Source: Tetramitus jugosus (taxonomy: Eukaryota > Protista > Heterolobosea). From it: a stretch of DNA of 64,000 nucleotides. The stretch is taken from assembly GCA_937625935.1 (NCBI GenBank), contig OW569361.1:1-64000 (forward strand), written 5' to 3'. The position numbers and the translations under genes are program-made. Positions 54,858-64,000 of this stretch are shown piece by piece; within the stretch, counting starts at the first letter, position 1, and each line of letters opens with the position of its first letter. A model generated the notes under the pieces. It made no database searches. It had not been told where the DNA came from and saw only the letters and a list, made by a program, of their open reading frames with translations.

Positions 54858-55748
54858 TTATTTCTTAGGGGCCATAATTCTGTCTAGTTCCTGCTTGAAT
54901 TGCTGATTCTGCTTCTTTAAGAATGCCAATTCTTCCTCAAATTTCTTCTCGTCATTCTTTCTTCTCTCTGCTTCCTTCTTCTCGATAGCCTCTGTCTTTG
55001 ACATCCATTCTTTCACTTGTCTCTCCAGTAAAGCTTTTTCCTTCTCCAATTGTCGAATGTGCTGTTGCATTTCCGTCTTTCCTTGTTCAGCCTGCAGTGC
55101 TTTTCTCATTCCAAAAGCGACACTGCTCTCGTATAAAGTTCTATAGGCATTGATAGTCATTCTAATTTCATCTCTCACTCTTAGTAACAACAATCCTCGT
55201 TCTGCACAACTCACAGTAACCTGTCTAATCAACTCATCAAATGTCTGTTGATACAATTCTTCTCTCACGGGACATATGCCCGTTTCTTTTGCCTTTCGTA
55301 ACAATAACAGCTGATCCAATTGTTCTTGTAAGTTGATTACATCAAGTCTTGTGGCTGGAGTAGAGCTCACATATTGCATCCATCTCTGTCCACTCTCATC
55401 CCATTGCCTACAATTGTTAGTTTACACAAAGTATCAAAGCATCATGATGTTAGAAAAACAAATCTATTTAGGTAACGATTGAAAGGCAAGAAAACAGATT
55501 TACCTTGGTGGTAAAATAGAGTTCAGAATATCTTCTGTCTGTGTAATCTGAGACTTGTTTTCAACTGGTGGTAACAGTTGAGGCTTCGATCCCTTTGTTT
55601 TATTCAATATAGAGCCGTTGAGTCCTCCACCAGTTCCTGTACTGGCTCCAGCTTGCTTGGTCCGTTTAGTTCTACCTACATCTGTCGTTAGAACTGGATT
55701 GTCATATCGGACCAAGCTCGCAATATTGTTACTGAGTGAGGATGACAT
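54858..55748 (-). CDS. DNALI1: Axonemal dynein light intermediate chain p28, 2 exons
   Basis: SLVRYDNPV, TEDILNSILPPR, VSSTPATRLDV, ETGICPVREELY and CAERGLLLLRVRDEIRMT. Confidence 0.95.
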
Positions 55749-55991
55749 TTGAAGAACGGGTTGATATGAGTGGTCAGTGATGATATATGAGTGATAGTCG
55801 TAGGGAGGAGAAAATGCTGTTTGAACTCGCAATCGGAGAGATTGTTTTGTGTCAGTTGCTTGACAAGCAGTAGGATTGTAGCTGCGAACGAGGCGCCAAC
55901 AGAATTTTTGCTTGGATCTACGGATAGTGTTGCCGCTCTTTATCTCATTATCCCGCCATAAAGGTTGTGATGTTGCTAAAACAATAGGAGT

Positions 55992-57533
55992 TTATTCCTC
56001 TTTCTTGAGCAATGTGGAATCTTCCTTCTCTTCATCTTCTGGCAGATTGACTGTAACTTCTCCAATCTCAACATCTTGCTCCTCTGCAATTTGTTGAGTG
56101 AGAGCGAGTCTTTCTTCCTCGGACAAGTTTTCCAATGCATTCAAACCGGACATGTCTTGATTGAAGAAGAGACCAGATCCCTCCCCAATGTTCAACTGAC
56201 TCATCAATGCAGTGAGTTCTTCGCTTGACAAATCCCAGAATTTGTCCAAAGCTGGCTCAATACCCTCAGTAATGGCCGTTTCAAAGAAGAATCGAATAAA
56301 GTCTTCACTCATGTCACTGTCTTGCATAAAGTCGTCCAACTTGACATCTTCCATCTGACCAGTGGCACACTTCTCAATCAATTGTTCGTTCAATCTCTTC
56401 ATACCTCTGTTCATGGTCAAACCAATGACACCAGAGAACGCCTTGGACAATCTCGATCCAAACAACTTATCAACAGCAACAGCAGCCAATCTCTCCTGGA
56501 ATTTCAATTGTGTAATATATTCCTTTTGCATGCTGGCGAGACTCTCTTGGAAGGTGTTGGCAGTCAATGGCCATCCCCAAATGACAAACAACTTGGCACA
56601 CATTTCTGCAACCTTCTTAATGAAACCTCCCTTGGCGTCCAATGTAATCTCATTGGTGAATGATTTGACAACTTCGAGAGCTCTCTTGTCCTTTTCACTG
56701 ACACTGGCAGTTTGAGAGAACATGAATGCATCCTTGGCCAACTCTGGCAACAACTCACATGTCTGATTGATCAATTTTTTCAATCCAAAGTCATTCTTTT
56801 GAATGCATGTGAATCCACAGTCAGAGCACTCCAACTCCTTTGTCTCCTCGTCATAGAACACGTCGTCACTGTGGCAATCAGGGCACCAACTCTGTGTCCA
56901 ATTCTCTCTCTTACTGATACATACGTGAATACCCTTATTGTTTGGTAAATCTTCCTTGTTGATGACACTTTGGATGGCCTTCAATTGCTTTGCATCAGCC
57001 AAATCACACTTGTTCAAAATGAAGATGACTGGTGTTGGATGGAACACTTCACGAACAATCTCTGCCTCAAAATTCTCAAATCGTCCACGAGCCGTGTTCA
57101 CAACGTACCACACGACATGAATATGATCAGCAACGTCTGGCTTTTGTCTCAAACTGACAAAAAATTTTCCAGTTTCCTTGATAAACTCATCATGGGCTGA
57201 CCATTCAAGTCCCTTGCTATCGTACAAGACAATAGGCTTACTGTCTGGACAAAACTTTTGAAAGTGTTGAGTGACGGGCATGCCAGCACCTGCTTTGGCC
57301 ATCTCTTCACCAAAAACAGCATTGATCAAAGTACTTTTTCCACTGCCTGTGATACCTGCGACCAGAATATTTGGTTTCTTACAGGCTTTTGTACAGTCTT
57401 GGAAGTGATCTTGGAAGGATTTGACAAGTTGCTCCGTTTCTTGGTTACTGAGTTCTTCCAACTTTTTTTCAAGCTCTTGGTTGACCTTTGGTTGTGCTGG
57501 TGCGGCGGTGGTGGTGGATGGTGGTGCGCTCAT
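55992..57533 (-). CDS. TRAFAC (Era/YeeP-like) GTPase with inserted zinc ribbon
   Basis: G1 GITGSGKST, G3 DSKG, G4 NKCD, then CPDC..CSDC and a helical/acidic C-terminus. Confidence 0.8.
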   Translation of the reverse strand: MSAPPSTTTAAPAQPKVNQELEKKLEELSNQETEQLVKSFQDHFQDCTKACKKPNILVAGITGSGKSTLINAVFGEEMAKAGAGMPVTQHFQKFCPDSKPIVLYDSKGLEWSAHDEFIKETGKFFVSLRQKPDVADHIHVVWYVVNTARGRFENFEAEIVREVFHPTPVIFILNKCDLADAKQLKAIQSVINKEDLPNNKGIHVCISKRENWTQSWCPDCHSDDVFYDEETKELECSDCGFTCIQKNDFGLKKLINQTCELLPELAKDAFMFSQTASVSEKDKRALEVVKSFTNEITLDAKGGFIKKVAEMCAKLFVIWGWPLTANTFQESLASMQKEYITQLKFQERLAAVAVDKLFGSRLSKAFSGVIGLTMNRGMKRLNEQLIEKCATGQMEDVKLDDFMQDSDMSEDFIRFFFETAITEGIEPALDKFWDLSSEELTALMSQLNIGEGSGLFFNQDMSGLNALENLSEEERLALTQQIAEEQDVEIGEVTVNLPEDEEKEDSTLLKKEE

Positions 57534-57801
57534 TTTTTTTTGTATGTTAGTTGAAATTGTGTTGTTCTTGCGTTGTTTTTTCTGCTTGGGTTTTTTGTTG
57601 ATTTGATTTTTTGTATGGGTTGGTGGAAGATTCCACAATCTCCGACGACAAAGTTCCGATCAACAGAGGATCACGGTTCGATCGCAGAAGCTGTCTTTCT
57701 GTCTGGGTTGGCATTCAGAACATATGCATGGACCCGGATGGCATCAATAAAAATTGGTTTTGTTTATCGATTAAATTAAGAGTTAATGTTGTGCTGCTTT
57801 C

Positions 57802-59598
57802 CTAGTCGGAACCTATGCTAATGGTATCATTCCTGCAGAATTCTCTCAGTTTTTCTCTCGTGCTCTCAGCATCCAACAGTTGTCCTTGTCTCCGTGAATT
57901 ATCATAAATGGTTCCCGTGAGATACACTGGCGTGACACCCACATTCTTGCAAACACGAATCAGAGAATTACCGGTCAGTTTAGCGATAGACTCCAGATTG
58001 AAACCAGTGAGATTGAGGTACACTTGTCTGGCTTTGACACCAGAATATTTGGTGAGACCGGCAACAAACGCTCTCTTGTCGCGCTCTGACCACTCATCTT
58101 CAATCTTTAGGAATTGAGCACCCTTGTCTCTTGCATTCTTCACAAGAGCATTCAGTTTTTGAAGGTCGTCGTCTTCCTTCTTCTTAATCTCTGCCTCTCG
58201 TGCAACCCTCTCCTGTTTATCGTCCTCACTCAGCAGCATCTCCAATTTTTCGAGTACGCCCTGCAGTGAAATGTTTCGTATCGGTTGTTTCGTAATTTGC
58301 TTACGACAAATGGGGCAACTTCGGTGCGATGGCAACCATTGTTGAATACATGATGTACAAAATGTGTGACTGCACTGCAGAGTCGTCGGTTGCAACAACA
58401 ATGTCTGACAAATCGAACAGTGAAACTCTGACTCTAATATACTCATGAGAACAGTGTTTGCGTGACCACTCATGGTCTGAATCTGAATATTTTGATCCTT
58501 GACAGTGCGCAACTCCTTTTCCAACTCTGTCAATCGTTCCTTCAACACTTGATTCTCCTGATCCGCATTCAACTTTGTTTTTTTGAGTGGTGATTGCATT
58601 TGATCGTCCTCGTCTTCCTCATCACTGCCAATGTCATTGTGTAGATCAATGTCATGTGCCACTGTACTCCTATCTCTCTTTTTGCTCGCCTCATTCTGTC
58701 CATTGTGTTGATGATTTGTAATGGCAACGGGTGACGTTGCTTTTGTTGCTACTGCTGCTGCTGTACCATCAGCTGTATCACTGCTCGTAGTCAACTTTGG
58801 TGTGAGTGATAGTTTGCATGGCGTTGGTGTCGATTCATTCGGATGTTGTAAAATATTGAATCGATAGACAAAAGTGTTGGGCATCATGCACACATAGGAC
58901 TGAACTGCATCTCTACTCGAGCCACTACTATTACTATCACTACTGCTATTGTTGCCATTGCTACTGCTACTACTACTGTTCGATGAACCACCAATGAGAG
59001 AAATGTCCATTTTACTAGAATCCAAAAAACTGTTGTTGCCGCTACCGCTACCGCTGCTACTACTACCACCACCAGATGGCAATGGTAACTTTTCTCCAAT
59101 GGCATAAGCACTTCCACCAGTGAACACCAAGTAGTCACCATCATGAATCTCCTTGCTTCCCACTCGTTCATTATTGACAAATGTTCCATTCAATGATTTT
59201 TGATCAATACACAAGAATTGTTTTGCATTGAAATTGTATTGAATGATACAGTGCCGCCGAGACATCATTCGAGAACAAGATGGTGCATCCAATGTTAAAT
59301 CAGAGAATTTTGGGTCTCTGCCAATACGAAAAGACGGTGTTTGTATTTTGACCAATTTTGGCACTTGATTGTTTTGTTGAGAAGTGGTCGTAGTCGTAGT
59401 GGTGGTCGTGCTAGAAGTGGAAGTAGTAGTGTTGCTGACAAGAGTGAGTGTAGCAAAGACTGGTCGATCATCTTGTTGTTGATGATGATGATGATTATGT
59501 GAAAAGTGATTATTGTTGTTTGTTGTATTGCTGGAAGTGGATGATGATGAGTTGCCGCTACTGAAAATGGATCGAAGCAAACTTTGGGAGGAAAACAT
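57802..59598 (-). CDS. FHA + RING E3 ubiquitin ligase (RNF8/CHFR-like)
   Basis: FHA IGRD..SRRHC..SLNGTFVN and RING CSIC..CSHTFC..C..CPIC. Confidence 0.9.
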   Translation of the reverse strand: MFSSQSLLRSIFSSGNSSSSTSSNTTNNNNHFSHNHHHHQQQDDRPVFATLTLVSNTTTSTSSTTTTTTTTTSQQNNQVPKLVKIQTPSFRIGRDPKFSDLTLDAPSCSRMMSRRHCIIQYNFNAKQFLCIDQKSLNGTFVNNERVGSKEIHDGDYLVFTGGSAYAIGEKLPLPSGGGSSSSGSGSGNNSFLDSSKMDISLIGGSSNSSSSSSNGNNSSSDSNSSGSSRDAVQSYVCMMPNTFVYRFNILQHPNESTPTPCKLSLTPKLTTSSDTADGTAAAVATKATSPVAITNHQHNGQNEASKKRDRSTVAHDIDLHNDIGSDEEDEDDQMQSPLKKTKLNADQENQVLKERLTELEKELRTVKDQNIQIQTMSGHANTVLMSILESEFHCSICQTLLLQPTTLQCSHTFCTSCIQQWLPSHRSCPICRKQITKQPIRNISLQGVLEKLEMLLSEDDKQERVAREAEIKKKEDDDLQKLNALVKNARDKGAQFLKIEDEWSERDKRAFVAGLTKYSGVKARQVYLNLTGFNLESIAKLTGNSLIRVCKNVGVTPVYLTGTIYDNSRRQGQLLDAESTREKLREFCRNDTISIGSD

Positions 59599-60119
59599 GT
59601 TTTTTGTGTGAAGGGTGTTTGATATATCGATAAGATTATTGTTGTTGTTGGAGGTGTGAATGAATGATTTGGTTATTGTGTTATTTTTTTTTTTGAGTGG
59701 CTGTGGTTGCTGTATGAGAGTGATGCAAGGGTATTTGTGATCGAGTGAGAGTTGTGTAATTTTTTTTATCAGGGTGAAGGTTTCGGAATGGCGCCAAAAC
59801 GGTCGGATCGATCGGAACTACGAAAAAATGAATTCCCAGACTCGGGGGCAGGTGAGAATGAAGAGACACAAAAGTGCGGTCGCACATGGTGATTATGGTA
59901 TTCGTGTTATTCGGTCAATCCGATTTTGGTTGGACCTGTTTGTGCCTCCGTCCTTTCTCTGATAGTTCAATTTTTTCAAAGAAGCAACTCATTTTTTCTG
60001 GAAGTTCATGGTGGACATGTTCACCCACTTAAATCCCTGCGTTGCTTCGTGTGTGACATTTTGGTGGGTCCAACCACATCACACACAACAGAAACTGACC
60101 ACCAAAGACAACAAAAAGA

Positions 60120-61976
60120 ATGACCAGCCAAGCAATTCCTTCTTCCTCTTCGACTTCAACAACAATGGAAGCCACTGAACCCATGGACACCACCTTGGAC
60201 AACGATGATCAACAGCAACAAGAAGAACAAACGACATTGCCACAACAGCAACAACAACAAGAAGAGACAAGCACAACAACAACAGCTACAACTACAACGG
60301 CAGAAGATGACAACAATTCCTCATCCACCAATATGACAAGTCCAAGTCGACCTCAAAGAACAAGAAGACCTCCAAGCTATTTGGAAGATTATGAGATGGA
60401 TGTTGATTTGAGAAGAATTTATAAGCAAAGTGCCATGAACACTTCCCCATCTCGATCCTCTTCATCTTCGGCATCATCGTCATCGTCATCATCGACAAGA
60501 GCACCTGCCACACCAAGAAGAACGACAAACAATGCATCAACCGCTAGAAGAGCTCTACAATTGGATCAAACAAGACAAAGAAGACAAGATAGAGTCAATG
60601 AGAGAAGAGATGATAATGCTGCTACAACGACAGCAAACAATAGAGCAACTACGACTTATGTCAATCCATTGGATCGATTTGCTACTGTGAGAAACACGGC
60701 AGCTGACACGAATAATCGATTCAGAGAATATCAGTCTGCTGCCATTGATGAGGATGAAGCGTTGAGACAGTTGTTGAATCAACACACTGAAGCTCAAACA
60801 TTTAAAAATGAGCTTACAGTTGGTACTCTTTGTAGACACAAGTGGGCCATTAGTAAACTGACAGGACAAGAGCAAGGAGAACAGTCTTCCAATCCAATAA
60901 CATGCTTCTTCACTCCTAGTTTGGGAGGAGAGCCAAAGAAACTGACATTGGATGAAGTGCTCGACGGTTGTCAATACCATCCAGGAAGAATTCACAATCC
61001 AGAACAGAAACCAACAGTTGAGATTGTCTTTTCGTTTGATGCCACAGGATCCATGTTTCAAGCCATTGATGAACTCAAGAGAAAATTGTCAGAGCTCATC
61101 CGACAGTTGATGACTGATTTGCCAACGATACGAATAGCCGTTATTGCTCACGGTGACTACTGTGATCACAATGTGTTTTACACAATGGCAAAACTGGATT
61201 TCACGAATGATATTGACACATTGGTCAGATTTGTGCAAACAATTGACATGTGTGGAGGTGGTGATCCAGCAGAGTGCTATGAAATGGCAATTAAGGAGTG
61301 TGGAGCTCTCAATTGGTACAAATCTGCACCTGATGCCACAGAGTATGATGATTCAATCTCTAGAGTGTTGGTAATGATTGGTGACGATGTTCCTCATGGT
61401 GCAGATGAGTACTTTAAGATTGATTGGAGAGAAGAGTTGAAGTCACTGTACGAACGACTGCTGCTCAAGACATATGGTATTCAAGCGTTGCACAGAGAGC
61501 ATGCCAATGAATTCTATCAGGAACTAGCTGATTCGACCTATGGAACGCGGTTAGAACTTGAAAACTTTTCCAGAATGCACGAGTTGGTACTTGCTTTGTG
61601 TTATAGAGAATCTGCAGAGCACGCATCTATTGCCTTTGCTACTTCATCTGCCAGTGCCAGTGGTTCAAATGACAATGACGGAAGTCAAACCATCATTGAA
61701 CAGGGTACAATGAGCGACTCTGAGATGTTGCGAATTCATCATGCAATCCATGACTCCACCCAAACACAAGTTACAGTCCAAAATGTACAATATGAAATAT
61801 CTGTCAATGACTTGGCTTGCCGGTTCGTAAGAGTTGACAATGTGGTGTATATTGAACAGAACAAGCAAAAAACCACAAAGTATGCTCAGATGGCCAAAGA
61901 TGGCCACAAGGTTACTTGGATAACACACAAAGGTGCCTGGGGACTCATTGTGGATGATGACTTTGTTCGAAAGTAA
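60120..61976 (+). CDS. vWA-domain protein
   Basis: MIDAS FDATGSM, GDYCD, GGGDPAECYE and IGDDVPH, with a long disordered N-terminus. Confidence 0.85.
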   Translation: MTSQAIPSSSSTSTTMEATEPMDTTLDNDDQQQQEEQTTLPQQQQQQEETSTTTTATTTTAEDDNNSSSTNMTSPSRPQRTRRPPSYLEDYEMDVDLRRIYKQSAMNTSPSRSSSSSASSSSSSSTRAPATPRRTTNNASTARRALQLDQTRQRRQDRVNERRDDNAATTTANNRATTTYVNPLDRFATVRNTAADTNNRFREYQSAAIDEDEALRQLLNQHTEAQTFKNELTVGTLCRHKWAISKLTGQEQGEQSSNPITCFFTPSLGGEPKKLTLDEVLDGCQYHPGRIHNPEQKPTVEIVFSFDATGSMFQAIDELKRKLSELIRQLMTDLPTIRIAVIAHGDYCDHNVFYTMAKLDFTNDIDTLVRFVQTIDMCGGGDPAECYEMAIKECGALNWYKSAPDATEYDDSISRVLVMIGDDVPHGADEYFKIDWREELKSLYERLLLKTYGIQALHREHANEFYQELADSTYGTRLELENFSRMHELVLALCYRESAEHASIAFATSSASASGSNDNDGSQTIIEQGTMSDSEMLRIHHAIHDSTQTQVTVQNVQYEISVNDLACRFVRVDNVVYIEQNKQKTTKYAQMAKDGHKVTWITHKGAWGLIVDDDFVRK

Positions 61977-62069
61977 ATGTTTGTTAAATTATTGCTACTA
62001 CCTTTTAATCTTTCTTCATTTACTTAAAGCGGGTGAATCGTTTTGCATTGGCTGTCGAGTTGCAATCTA

Positions 62070-63152
62070 CTAAGCCAGTTCAGCAATCACCTGTTCCACG
62101 GATACTTTCTTCACAAGACTGGAGAATGGCCCCGTTATGAGATGTTGTTGACTCGATGTGAGTGAGCTGTTGTGTGGTATTGATGCGCCGCGCAAGTGCG
62201 AAGTCATACATTGACGCAGATGCGACGAAGTCACTTTGGCTGTCTCTATTTGTTTCAGAGGTCCGATACAGATACTAGCCACGTGATCTTCATCAATCAT
62301 ACAGCTCTCAAATGTCCATCCGGGCAATATTCTTCCATCAAGTCTCAAGCACGGCTTGAAATCAACGAGACAGGCATCATTGCGCGATAGATCCTCGGTC
62401 GAGTATTCAAACTGCATTCTCTGTAATTCAATTTCAACCCCCATTCCCGTTGCTTTCATAAACGACTCCTTCAACGTCCAATAGACAAAAAAGTTTTTCA
62501 TGACTGCCTGTTGTATGCGTTGCGGTGCTCTGTCAACCAATTGAAGCAACTCGGTGTTACTCATTGTGGCATCATCATTACCAGAGTCACTCGCCTCTGC
62601 TATTCTCATCTCTCTCAACGGCCGTAGAATCGTTCTCCACTCTGCAGCTGTGAAACAACTGTTCATTGTATCGAGATAGTCCTGATACGGATTCACAACA
62701 TTTTTACTCAAGCGAAAATGCACCTTCTCCACATCCAATCCCAACACTCTCGCTTCATTCACATCACTGCTCCCACTAGACACATAACCAAACAAAACGA
62801 TATCTCCACCATGCGATATATTAAAGTCAATCACTGTCGCTTCATGAACACTCATTGTAAGCTGATTACAACGACGAACGAGATAGGGCTTATTTTTCTC
62901 CGTCCTCTGAAAAACAACTTGACTCAAATTCTGTAGCTCCAAGTGTTTCATAAGATAGTACCGCATGAACACGTGACCTAGGCAGCTTCTCTTGGCATCG
63001 ACACGAAACCGGAATCGATTCATTCTATCCAACTCTGATTTTGGCTCAACCAAAGACAATAATTGGCTCCATTCTTGCTCTGTTTCTTGATATTGTTCAA
63101 TATCAATAAATCCTATCCAGATTGTTGGTTCTGTTTGTTGATGAGAAGACAT
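62070..63152 (-). CDS. Sfp-type 4'-phosphopantetheinyl transferase (AASDHPPT/Lys5-like)
   Basis: KPYL, FNISHGG, LGLDVE and WTLKESFMKATGMG. Confidence 0.92.
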   Translation of the reverse strand: MSSHQQTEPTIWIGFIDIEQYQETEQEWSQLLSLVEPKSELDRMNRFRFRVDAKRSCLGHVFMRYYLMKHLELQNLSQVVFQRTEKNKPYLVRRCNQLTMSVHEATVIDFNISHGGDIVLFGYVSSGSSDVNEARVLGLDVEKVHFRLSKNVVNPYQDYLDTMNSCFTAAEWRTILRPLREMRIAEASDSGNDDATMSNTELLQLVDRAPQRIQQAVMKNFFVYWTLKESFMKATGMGVEIELQRMQFEYSTEDLSRNDACLVDFKPCLRLDGRILPGWTFESCMIDEDHVASICIGPLKQIETAKVTSSHLRQCMTSHLRGASIPHNSSLTSSQQHLITGPFSSLVKKVSVEQVIAELA

Positions 63153-63268
63153 GATTTCGTTGCTTGCAGAAAATTGTTTTTTCATGCGCCACAACAAGCT
63201 TCTTTCTTTTGAGATCAACAGCACAAAAAAGCTGTTGAGGAGACGTCATCACAAAGCACACAGCAATC

Positions 63269-63652
63269 ATGACATCATCACCCAACATCAAGAATCCATT
63301 CGAAGAAAGAAAGAAGAATGCGATTCATTCGGCCAATCATCTTCTGAGTGCCTGCGCCAGAGAGTACACCCAATTGGCTCATTTCTACATTCAAGAAAAG
63401 AGTGGTCAACAAGATTTGACTCATCTTCAAGAAAAGCTTCGCGTAGTGCTGAGTCTCAGTCACTGCATCACACTCAACTCAAAGTTGTGCGCAGCGCAAG
63501 CCAAGACCATTTCGCAGTGCTATGCAATGACTCTGCACTCGACACGACATGAATTTGAACAAATTCCCATTTCTACAGTGGAAAGTTGTCTACAAGGTGC
63601 AATGACGTGCTTGCAGACAACAGGAAATATTCAGAAACAACAGCAACATTAA
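63269..63652 (+). CDS. Hypothetical Cys-containing helical protein
   Basis: 127-aa ORF transcribed divergently from the PPTase. No recognised motif. Confidence 0.45.
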   Translation: MTSSPNIKNPFEERKKNAIHSANHLLSACAREYTQLAHFYIQEKSGQQDLTHLQEKLRVVLSLSHCITLNSKLCAAQAKTISQCYAMTLHSTRHEFEQIPISTVESCLQGAMTCLQTTGNIQKQQQH

Positions 63653-64000
63653 GTTGATGGTTGTATTCAAAACGCGAATCGGATCTACCGATTCCCCGCT
63701 GTGGAAATGACGTCATCATCGGAGTTTTTTGCTTCTACAATGCTCGTTGAATCAGGAACGAATAGTCAAAGCTTGCTAGGAGTGTATCACAGCCACTCTG
63801 TAATTCCTCAAGTTCAACAAACTGTTCAGATGGTAGTAGTCGTCGAAGAGCCTGCCAGCCACACTAGCTTCCAACCCTTCAAATTTTCCATTTTCCCTGC
63901 CGTGTCGCAAAAAAAAGCTCACAAACGAAAAACCTCAGCAACAAAATCAAAACAAATTATTGTGCGCCATTATTGATTGTGATCACACAAAAAGGAACCC

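Noticed and set aside
55850-55985. Sm-site-like AATTTTTG and X-box-like GTTGC motifs upstream of DNALI1
   Set aside because: No U1/U2/U4/U5 hallmark sequences, and the motifs are too short and degenerate.
57660-57745. B-box-like GGTTCGATC and a nearby imperfect hairpin (possible tRNA or ncRNA)
   Set aside because: No cloverleaf, acceptor stem or correctly spaced A box.
63701-63976. Terminal 91-aa ORF
   Set aside because: No recognisable motif and it lies at the window edge, so it cannot be supported.

Overview
Left end of a gene-dense eukaryotic (protist) chromosome using the standard genetic code, with short GT-AG introns. Flagellar genes (DNALI1, CEP83-like) and an RGS fusion fit a flagellate or amoeboflagellate such as a heterolobosean, but the taxonomy is inference. 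The window opens with about 630 bp of (CCCAAA)n telomere joined directly inside a decayed piggyBac transposase, followed by a subtelomeric zone with gene relics and about 30 ordinary genes. Main discovery: both tRNA genes in the window (Lys-TTT at 41438-41510, Ile-AAT at 52778-52850) carry related poly(A)-tailed non-LTR retrotransposon insertions immediately upstream. Their 5' ends face the tRNA, and at both loci a target-site duplication (TSD) ends exactly 30 bp from the tRNA 5' end. This is a tRNA-gene-targeted retroelement system resembling Dictyostelium TRE5, with nested serial insertions, an ORF1-only member, a mini ORF1/ORF2 chimera and conserved 3' stem-loops. Second highlight: an intact piggyBac-like element with terminal inverted repeats (TIRs) and an AATT rather than TTAA target duplication, whose precise removal restores an F-box-like gene in frame. 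All protein family calls are from motif recognition by eye; no database searches were run.
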